A stretch of DNA of 64,000 nt, taken from Asterias rubens (lineage: Eukaryota). The stretch spans positions 18,414,001 through 18,478,000 of the forward strand of contig NC_047066.1 in the NCBI RefSeq assembly GCF_902459465.1, read 5' to 3'. Positions 12,372-22,595 of this stretch are shown one piece after another; positions within the stretch are counted from its first letter, which is position 1; every line of letters starts with the position of its first letter. A program made the translations under genes and the position numbers. The notes beneath the pieces were generated by a model. That model was given only the letters and a program-made list of their open reading frames with translations, was not told where the DNA came from and did no database searches.

Positions 12372-15300
12372 CTGTAATGAAACAAAACAAATAAATAAAG
12401 GCTTATTAAAAATTAGCCGACATTTAAACATTTGTTTATAGATATAAATGTTGCACACAACAAAACATATTTCCATCAAATACAATTTAAATACGCATAA
12501 CAATAAAAAGTTTAAAATTACCTTTGCAACCAATGAGTTCCATGCGCATTGATATCCAAAAATGAAATGTAATTGGTTTTATGCGAATATATCGTGCTTG
12601 GATCGGCTGGTCAAACATGCTGGTCACTGCCGTGTTTTGGTCTGTATTGCCAGGGAAAGTCTGCAACAGAAGAAACAACAAACAATACATCGACTGTATT
12701 ATAGAGGTGCAAACTTGGACAATTTGAAGAATCTGTTTAGAATATATACATGCCTAAAGAAAAGGGTGTTCCCGTACCTTGTGTACGCCCGAAGATGTCT
12801 GAAGGACATAATGCCATGATGAACCCTGTACGTCACTGTATTGCACCTGGTAAGATTCCACTCTTGCGGACCAAACATTCAAGGGGTCAGTTAATCCTTG
12901 TAAAATGACACCTTCGACTTGAAGCCGTTCTCCCAAGTCTACCTGAAACCATTCCAACCGGGGGACAAGCGTGGTTTTCGCACACCATCCGCCGACAACT
13001 CTGCCAATCCCCGGCTTGTTCAAACGCCCATTACTCGGCAAACAGTTACCGGGAGCGTTTTCGCGTAAGTCGAAACTACCAGATGCTGTGATTCTATCAT
13101 CGGGTATACTGCCATCTTCCATTCCAAGGGGTTGACCACAGACATTTTTCACTAATTGAGATAAAGCATATGGCTATTGTTAATGCTCTTCATCTGCAGT
13201 AAGCATAACACGCTTCAAAAATCATGAACTCCTTTTTAAAACCATTAGTATTTAATAAAGGGTTTGAAAAACCCCACACACGGCACATTACTTGATAACG
13301 GTGGTGCACGAAAAAGAAGTAAGCTAAATGACTTACAGGCAATCTAATATTTCATCATAATATAACACATTTGTTATGTGTACAAAAAAAGGTTTGCATG
13401 TTTGACCTTTTTTCGACATATAAGAGGCAGCTCTGCATACCATTTTTGTGATCAAGTCAGTAGGCAGTATCCAAGTACATACAAGTCAATAGGTTTCTTA
13501 CCATGTGGGGGTGATCCAGAATCCCCGACACTTAGCATATAGTCGTCCCCTATTACTCTAAACAGTGACTTAATCAGAGAGCCCTCCACTCCGAGCTCGT
13601 TTACGAGGTCCACACGCACCGTCCATTGGACCCCTCCGTCCCTAGCAGTTAAACGGCGGAGTATTTCATTGCCAAGCCAAAACTCGCCCGTCAGAGTCCC
13701 GAAGCCGTGTTTGTATTCATTCCAATTGCGATGGAAATTAACAGACCCATCGTAACGCCTCTGAAACACCTGCAATAATATCATAAACAATATCATATCG
13801 TATTAGAATGATGTAATTATTAAATTGATATACTAATTGGTGTTTCATAATATTAACAGTGACAGTTATTGCATTGTTCTTTGTAATCAAGAAAATAATA
13901 TGAACATTAAATCCACAAGTTTTGCCGTTCCAGGCATCAAGAACAATGAAAGCAAAATAGGGCTGTTGCCTCAAAATGAAACTTACAATCCAACTTCCGT
14001 TATCAGATGTCATATCGCAGTAAACTTCCAAGCCGCTGGGATACTGCTGTGGGTGTATCTTGAACACACCACTCGTCGAGTAACCGCCATTCAAGACGTC
14101 CATACAATCGGACAAATTATCATCTGAGTACGAAAAACAAATATATATTTCCACTATGAATGAATGTAAGATATTAAATGCTAGCTACATTTTAGCCATT
14201 ATGTCGTGCACAACGTCATCTAAGTTGGCTTGTCCGACTGTAAAAACTTTTGAATCTATTTCATAACATTCGGTTAGGAAGGTTTGAGTTGAAGGGATTT
14301 CACATTAATCCGATCCATCCAAATGGAACTCATAAGATATAGGCCTATACTAATAAATAACGAACTTTTAAAACAATAATATCTTCAACTTGTACTTCAA
14401 TTCCAAGTTTGTTTGAATGTTCATTCCTCACTATTATTGTCACATTGGAATTATTTGCAAATTCTCACCATGACACTTGAAGTAATCATGTATGATCTCT
14501 GGGTCGTCCGTGAAGATGGGATGGTCCGTGTAGTAGGGTCGAAACCCCCTCTTTGGAGTGACCATGGTCACGCCCCCTGGTCTGATCTCTGAGCATGCGC
14601 AAAGATCCCGGTTCTCTAGAGGTAGAACCCATCGGAGACTACCTCGCTGGTCTGGATCAGGTTCTTGGCTAAAAATGCAGACTTTTGCCGCGACTCCCGC
14701 ATACCATAAACTCACTTCAAATAAAACAAACCCATATATACACAACAAACTAAAACGGACGGCAAAAACACTGGGAGGGAAACAGCGAATAGGAAAATGG
14801 TTCTCTCCTCGCCTTCTTAGTCCTCAAAGCACAGTTATGTAAACGAATAATACAAATAGTTTAAAAATAACAATATTACTAAACCCTGAAAATAATAAAT
14901 ACAACAATGTATATTCTAAACCTTGTCTTAACCTAACCCCTTGACGCGTTCGAAATCTTTTACAGAACCTAAACACTTGTTTTTACAGTGTATGTTTACC
15001 GGGGTAAATTAAACAATTAAATTTGTCTTTAAACCGTAAACCATATGTCTACACTCTCCCTGCATAAAGGACCTAACAACAACATGACGTCTTATAATCT
15101 TTGTTTTATGGGATTAGTTGTTGCGTTGAATTGAATTGAATCCAAAGAAAGGAGCCTCAATAGCAAAAGATGTGATATTTTTAATGCTGAAACAACCCAT
15201 AACTTGTCGAGTATTTTTTAATAGATATGTCCCAACCCCCGAACAAATGCCACCTATCCCTTAAATTGTGTTTTTATACATGTTAAAGGTTTAATCTAAT

Positions 15301-15709
15301 AAAGAATCTTTATTTTAACCTCCATGTTTTAACTGACTGTGAGCATAAAACTGTTATAATATTGAGGTGTCTCAAGAGCGAAAGATAAGTTTATTTTAAA
15401 AGCTGAACAACCCAGAACAGGAAAAATGAAAATCACAATTTAAAGGTTTAGATATTGTACTTAATAATGTTTATTTTAACTGATTGTGAGCATAAAACTT
15501 TGATATTTAGAACCGGGCGACAAACCTACCAGGCACTATATAATCATATCAAAAATAAGCCGCTAATTTTTGTGTCAAACGTCTGGAAAATTTTGTTTCA
15601 TGGAAAGTTTAGACTTCGTCATTCAATTTAAAAAGAATTGAGAAAAGTAAAATAAACTCTTACCGCCAGATAAAGTCACAATCAATGTCAAGAAATGTAA
15701 GCCAGGCAT
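12148..15709 (-). CDS. Copy 1: secreted FReD/discoidin chimeric protein, 7 exons, 477 aa: join(15709-15664,14714-14469,14123-13987,13769-13502,13151-12778,12660-12522,12371-12148)
   Basis: Every intron is GT-AG with matching phases (1,1,0,1,0,1). The exons sum to 1434 nt with no internal stop. FReD motifs: [16 protein letters not shown]-x-x-x-GEFWLGN, GGGWW, C-x-x-x-NLN, MKIRP. Discoidin motifs: C[11 protein letters not shown], [23 protein letters not shown]. Confidence 0.9.
12522..13151 (-). CDS. Copy 1 exons 5-6 (13151-12778, 12660-12522), F5/8 type C (discoidin) domain
   Basis: [20 protein letters not shown]...WFQVDLGE...QG...SYQVQYS|TFPGNTD...ARYIRIKP...MRMELIGC; 513 nt, phase 1 at both ends. 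Confidence 0.93.
13502..14123 (-). CDS. Copy 1 exons 3-4 (14123-13987, 13769-13502), N-terminal part of the FReD
   Basis: DCMDV...SGVFKI...[13 protein letters not shown]|VFQRRYDGS...GEFWLGNE...YMLSVG...PPHG. Confidence 0.92.
14469..14714 (-). CDS. Copy 1 exon 2, end of signal peptide plus unnamed four-Cys domain
   Basis: Acceptor tttgaag|TG and donor CAT G|gtgag; 246 nt, phase 1-1. Only synonymous changes versus copy 2. Confidence 0.8.
15664..15709 (-). CDS. Copy 1 exon 1, signal peptide [15 protein letters not shown]
   Basis: ATG followed by a hydrophobic run and a G|gtaaga phase-1 donor. Identical in copy 2 and in frame with exon 2 (giving ...[13 protein letters not shown]). Confidence 0.75.
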
Positions 15710-15807
15710 ATTGTTCTGGGGATGCTGTGACACTTCACTGATGTCTTGGATAAAAATGCATCCAAATAACTAAAGGATGGTGTGCAGTGCACGCGAAGGA
15801 GAAATAC

Positions 15808-15967
15808 TAGTCTTGGTGCAAGACGTTTCTCGTTTCCTTTATAGTCCACTCACCGCCCTCTCCGGGGCGGTGAGTGGACTAAGTCAGGTGAGTCGGTGCG
15901 CGCGCTGTCGGTGAATTGGCCGCGGTGTGCGTGAAAAGGGAACGAGAAACGTCTTGCACCAAGACTA
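15808..15967. mobile_element. 160-bp MITE with 9-bp TSD (MULE-like)
   Basis: 27-bp TIR tagtcttggtgcaagacgtttctcgtt; TSD gagaaatac; absent from copy 2. Confidence 0.85.
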
Positions 15968-16120
15968 GAGAAATACATGCATACTAGGGCCACACACCAT
16001 AGAGTGTGGGCGGGGCTATCATTATACAGTAAAAAAGAAAAAATTACCGCACGGTTGACTAAATTTCTTTGCCATGGGATTTAAGCATCAACATTTTATT
16101 AGAAAACAAATTCGGCGTAC

Positions 16121-16475
16121 TTAAAGGCAGTGGACACTATTGGTAATTCCTAAAAATAATTATTAGCATAACACCTTTCTTGAATACGAGTTATGGGGAG
16201 AGGTGGATAGTATAAAACATTGTGAGAAACAGCTCCCTCTGAAGTGACATGGTTTTCGAGAAATAAGTAATTTTCAAGTCTCAAATCAAGCATCTGAAAG
16301 CACACAACTTCGTGCGACAAGGGTGTTTTTTTTTTCATCTTTCATTAATATCTCTCAACTTCGACGACCGATTGGGCTCAAATTTTCACAGGTTTGTTAT
16401 TTTGTGCATGTGTTGAGATACACCAACTGTGAAGACTAGTCTTTGACAGTTACCAATAGTGTCCAATGTCTTTAA
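16121..16475. mobile_element. Kolobok/T2-like MITE
   Basis: TTAA ends, family TIRs. Confidence 0.8.
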
Positions 16476-17072
16476 AATCCCAACAATATACGATTTTTAA
16501 TACATAATACTATTAATGCCTAGGTTGAACGCACAAAGAACTGGCATTAAATGTATATTTTACGAAATAAAGATAATTCTTGGCATTATCTCTGCATCAC
16601 ACTATATACAGCTAATGAATTTGGAAAGATGGACGCATAATAATGATTATATCAAAGTCCCTAATATTAAAATCTTATCATGAGGGGTAAAACAGTAACC
16701 AACTTTTGCTTGATGCATAACGGTGTCAAAACGTATCTAGGGCCCCATTCTTTAAAATAATGTCACGTATATTAAATTGTGAATTCCTCTAGGACATCAT
16801 TTCTGATTCAAGACCCCCCCACCACCACTAATTTTCTATAATGTATCAACCCCCCCCCCTTGTCTTTAACCTCCTTCGACTTTCCCGCATGCCTTAGTGC
16901 AAGAGAACCACCTCTCATGTACCTGGCTCTGGTGCTGTGTACCAATTGTATTCATCAACTCGTTTATAATAGCCTTAAAAAATAAGAATAGACCCTCGAT
17001 GGTCTTCTTTTTTCAGCCATTGACAACTATAATAATACATTCTTACCCGCTAGCACACTCACCGGGATTCCG

Positions 17073-17427
17073 TTAAAGGCAGTGGACACTATATTGGTAA
17101 TTACTCAAAATAGTTATTGGCATAAAACCTTACTTGGTAATGAGTAATGGGGAGATGTGATGGTATAAAAGGCATTGTGAGAAAGAAGTATTTTTCCACG
17201 ATTTTGATTTGGAGACCTCAGAATTAGATTTTGAGGTCTCAAAATCAAGCATCTGAAAGTACACAACTTCGTGTGACAAGGGTGTTTTTTCTTTCATAGT
17301 TAACTCGCAACTTCGACCGCCGATTGAGCTAAAATTTTCACAGGTTTGTTATTTTATGCATATGTTGAGATAAACCAAGTGACAAGACTGGTCTTTGACA
17401 ATTGCCAATAGTGTCCAGTGTCTTTAA
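17073..17427. mobile_element. Kolobok/T2-like MITE
   Basis: TTAA ends, family TIRs; same orientation as the 16121 copy. Confidence 0.8.
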
Positions 17428-18214
17428 ACAGAGTAATATATCTGTATTAGGCTGCCTATTATAGCTGTAAAATATTTCCAATTATTCCTAATAACAAGAT
17501 AATTGCTTTAACATTGACCTCTTCGTGATTGCTGTGTATCAGGTCATCTTGGAATACAAAAGTTAGATTAGACCCTTGAATAGGCCTACTTTTGTTCAGC
17601 CATTGTCACGATACGCTCTTCCCCGCTCGCACGCTCATCAGGATTCCGTCAAACAGAGTAAGGCATATAGATAATAAATTATAAGTATTATCTCTGTATT
17701 ATGCCGCCTATCACTGTCAAATATTTCCAATTCTTCCTAATAGTAAAATAATTGCTTTAACATTGACCTCTGCTCTGTATTAACAATTGCATCAAGTCAT
17801 CTTATACAGAAGTTAGATTAGACCCATAGTTGGCCTACTTTTGGTCAGCCGTTAATTTGTCACCATATAATAATACACCCTTTCTGCTCGCACGCTCATT
17901 ATAATATCTTGCATTACACTGTCAAATTTTGTTTTCCATACATGCCTATAATAATAAGATAATTGATTTAGCATTGACCTATTCAAGCTTGCTCGTGAAA
18001 GACGTTGCAGGTGTAGAGGGAACTGTCAAAACTATTTCCAATATAAATAATTTGGACAGTTCTCTCGACACCTGCAGCTTGTATCTATGAGTGATCCTTT
18101 TCGCGCAATAGGTCGCAAAGTTGGGAATTTAGACATCGCCGTGTCTTGTGACTTGTGAGTTGAGTTGTTTTTTTAGAATATCACCGATTGTTAATCGAAA
18201 TGAAAGGACAGACA

Positions 18215-18470
18215 AAATAATTATTATAATATCGAAGTCTTACGTATCTACCAAACAAGGTACTCAAGGCGCTGAGTATACACAAACTTTCAGAAAGATA
18301 GGTTATTGTACAGATGAATTCTGAGACCCAATTATGTAGCACCTTAGGTTTTACAAGCTGCTACGGCGCATACAGCAGCCACAGCAGGAACACCAGGGCG
18401 AACCCCTTGGACCAACTAACACATGGGACCAACGGCTTTACGTCCCATCCGAAGGGCGAAGTTCTTCGTG
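18215..18470 (-). mobile_element. SINE family A, 3-prime part
   Basis: Matches 29030-29330. Confidence 0.7.
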
Positions 18471-20954
18471 GCAATTTACGTGTCAATTTAGCTTAAAATG
18501 TAATTACCCAGTACATCTGTGAAAACGTTTCTTTCAACAACCTCACAAGTTGAGTTTTTTTATTTATTTCGGTTGTCACAATCGAAGTAAGTCCCATGTA
18601 CAGCTAAACATAAACATGTTTTGTTCTCGTTTCTGCCAAACTGTGATGATGTATACCGCCACTGGATTTTTTTCAAAAGCAATGATTTTGATATGAGAAC
18701 GCATGTCTTTCTAAAGCATGAGGATATTATTCTTCTTTTTGTGAATACAGTTTTCTTTCCCATGAAGTCTCAAGAAAACGTTCAAAGGTAAAGTTTCTGA
18801 CAATATTTATTGGTTTATTGTTATGAACAACTATGGTTAATGCGCAATTTTCCATAAAACCGAAATCATATGTATATAATGGGCGAATTGAACCCAAATC
18901 GAGTTGGGTTGAAACAGTGTTCACCAATTTAAAGGTTTTGAAACGCATTAAAAAGGGGACTCCATTGGGTAAAACTAAGCATTGTGAAGCATACGTTAAA
19001 ATGGTATAAAATGGGTTTTTGTTTCATAGTCTTTTAGAGCACAATTTTGAACATTTAGGCCTACGTCGACCTGACATACAAAACAATTGGTTTGTGGTAC
19101 CAAAAAGGAGTTTGTGCGCCAGACAAAAGGCAGAATGCAATGTCAAAACTTCAGGAACGTATACACGAACAACAATTAATGTTTGAAATGTGACGTCACC
19201 AAACGTGTTTATTTTGACAACAACCGCACAAATAAAATGTACCTGGCAGAATTACAATGCATATTATTAACGAATCGGACAGAACACAATTGGCTCCCTA
19301 AAATGTATGTTTTCTAGTATTGGAGTTTCACTCTGAATACATCTCTGTTGTAGTCAACCTCTCCTTTGAATACGTTCACACGTGTTCCAAGTCAATATTT
19401 AGTGATTTCAAGACCCAGAGAAAAGTGTTTATTACATTTTACAGTCGCGGTGTCATGACAACCATGCAATCATTAAGTTATTTTGTCTGTATACTGATCA
19501 TATTGAAGGTCTATGCGTGTGAACTAGCGATGGGTGAACCAGTTCTCAATTGTAGCCACACACCTTAATATTACCCACTGAACACGATTTAAATGTACTG
19601 GACACGTTTGGTAATGGTCAAAGACCAAAATTAATTTCACTTGGTGTATCCCAACACATAAACAAAATAACAGAGCTGTGACGATTTTAATTTTGCATGA
19701 CGATACAAGTTCAAACAGCGCCCCACTGAGGTCAAATTAGGAAGATCTGTTGCCGTTGTTTGACCTCAGCTCTGGCATGGCTGTCAACGTTAGAGTTTTA
19801 TTTATGCTCTGAAAACTTATCAATATCCCCTCTAAACTAATGTTTCTAAGAATAACATCAACACATAAAAAATGAGTTTATGAATACAGTAATTATGCTT
19901 ATAATAATAATGTCTAATTGAAGTGTAACAACAAGATGTCTGTGCAAATATTTTCGCATAAACAGGAATTATTATTTGATAAAATGTTATATTAATAAAT
20001 ACATGTATATTTTAAAATATAGCAACAAGATTTCTGTGTAATTTTTTCACATAAATATGAATTATTATTTTGATAAAATGTTTAATTGAAGTAAATGTAT
20101 ACTTTAAAATTAAGCAACAAGATATCTGTGTAAATATTTTCTCATAATATTATATGAAGTAAAAATTAATTAAAAATTTAAGTACAAGTTTTTAAATGTA
20201 GCAATAAGAATGTCAGTGTAAATATCATCGCATAAATTTGAGTTATTATTTTGATCATAACCCGATAAGGACCGTGATATGTTTACCTGGGCCGGTGGGG
20301 TCGGTCACAGCCATTTTCTTGAAACCTTCCCCAAAAAATTCCATACACAAACATTTGCCTTTTAAATGGCATCATAATGGTTTTTTTCTTTCTTTTTTCG
20401 TTCCCCTTTTGTTAGGTAATTGTTCCATTTTTTATAGTAGTAAATTGTTGTTGACACAAGGGACAAATATATACATCGAACTCATATTTGTTTTTAAAAT
20501 GATTACATTTTTTTTGCATAAAAATGCAAACATAATTGTTTGTAGGATAATTCACACAAAAAATGTATCTGATCTTGCTGTTGAAAGAGGAGGTCCTTAA
20601 GTCAAGGGGTAAATCACGTTTTTGAAACTGTTACAATCAGAAGTATTTTAATAAGTAATGACAAATTAAGAACTACTTAATTTACCTCCATGTAATATTT
20701 TGTACATAATAGTTATCAGTCTTAAAGGAACAATGGACATGCATTAAATTGAGATTAATAACAAAATACTAGGCCCTGTAAGTGCATCATTTTGTATCAT
20801 GTTTAATTCGTAGCTGCACCTCCATATGAATAAAAGGCCTTGATTGTTGTTTTACAGCAGTTAGCTGTTTTAAAAGAAAGATAGATTTTGCTGGGATAAC
20901 TTCCTATGCTAGAATATTCATGACGTATATAATGGTACATAAAGATTTTATTAT

Positions 20955-21100
20955 GGGTGCGTTCGCTTAGCTTCCCTGGGCAAACCCCGCTGGTGGCGTT
21001 TTTTTTCCAGGACAAACGTGGGTAATTATCTGCACACGTTTGTCCTGGGGAAAAAAAACGCCACACGGGGTCGACCCAGGGAAGCTAAACGAACGCACCC
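20955..21100. mobile_element. PIF/Harbinger-like MITE
   Basis: TIR gggtgcgttcg(c/t)ttagcttccctggg; 3-bp TSD tat. Confidence 0.75.
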
Positions 21101-22371
21101 TATATAGGGAGCCCAATTGCGCCCTCATTGTTCAAGCTGTTGTGATTTGCATAATTTTCTGTAAGAAAGTTAAGGTGGGGATCCTCGACTCTTGAACTTG
21201 CTATCTGTTCCACTCTGAACGTAAAGGAGCACACTAATTGTCTTAGCTTTGTTTTTCTATGGAGAACATTTGCCATGCCCGTTGACATTGACATGCCTCT
21301 TATCAATCAGAATCTGGTAACGATGCATTTTAGTATTCCGGCCACCTTTAAAAAGTCATTCTGTTTGGTAGTAGTAACACTTTTAGGGGACGCTTTCATC
21401 GTCAATGTCTTTGAATTAATTTATAAAGTTAATTTATTGTGTGTGGCAGTTAGATTTCGCAATATTTGGTAATAAATGTCAACTCGGCGTGTCTCAGATC
21501 AGTCTTTTCAAGCGAGGCACATTTGATTGATAGCCAAAAGATGAATTCAAATCGATCCACTCAACGTACATGTAGAAGGTCTACTGTGTAGAATGATAGT
21601 TATTGAAGACACGCTTCTGTATCGATAACACTATGGTGCCTCTCGTTCACTATAACCATTCGAAATGTCCATAGATTTACATTAAACTTACAGGGTTTGA
21701 AGATGATAGTGGAAATGTCATGAAAATACGTTTGTGCTTAATAATTTTTGTCTCATAAGACGAACATTATTTGCATGACATTGTTTTACTCACCTCCCAC
21801 AAATTACAGCACCTCAGCACGTAATATTTTCAGGGAAGCTTTCTACAATCATTATCTTCAAACTGTGTAAGTTTAGTGTAAATCTGTGGACACTGTGTTT
21901 TTTGTTCTACAAAAGTTACATAGACCCTTTAACATGATTACTTGGTGGTCTTTAACACATGTTACAAACACTAAAGTCAAAATAAAGCAACGGTTATCAA
22001 CCAACCCTTTATCGCACGGCCACGACCCTGCAAGGTTTTAAACGGCAATTTAAGAACGAGTCACTACTCTTTTATTCCCAGTCATAAATGCCTAGTTGGT
22101 TAAAAGGCATAATAAAGCTCTATACGTGTGTTGCGGTTTTATGACTGAGATAGTTTTCGGATATGCACTCGTGCGCGTAGTAGTAGGCGAACCCGCTCAA
22201 ACGCCGAAAACAACCAGTCATAAACAGCTCCAGCTGGTCATTATCAACCGTTTAAACACGTAACGCGCTTTCCACCAATAGGTATAGCGAAACTGTCTGA
22301 GGTATTTATGAATATACTATTGTATACATTTCAATGTAGAACTATAAGGTGCAAACCGATATTTCATAGGC

Positions 22372-22595
22372 CTATATGTTTGGGCGAATTTTCATTTCGC
22401 TCTTCACTATACGTGAGCCATTCCAAGATGCCATTGCCATGCTTCCATCAGTAAACTTACTGTTTAGGTTACTTTGGAAACATGAAAGTCCATCTCTAAA
22501 CCACCAACCTCCACCATTCGTGCAGTTACCGAGACCATTGTTGTCGATGTCGTTTGTGAAGAAAGTTTGATTATTTGCCCATTCAAGAACATCAC
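22372..22595 (-). CDS. Copy 2 exon 7, C-terminal FReD part
   Basis: GDVLEW...GGGWWF...NLN...MKIRPNI*. Confidence 0.9.

Noticed and set aside
14440-14748. ORF-track start MLCIYG for the gene
   Set aside because: It starts at TTG inside intron 1. A phase-1 acceptor at 14715, positionally conserved in the third copy, and an upstream ATG exon explain the N-terminus better.
19455-19533. Plus-strand signal-peptide-like stretch MTTMQSLSYFVCILIILKVYACELAM
   Set aside because: Weak donor (gtgaac) and no compatible downstream exon; left unresolved.
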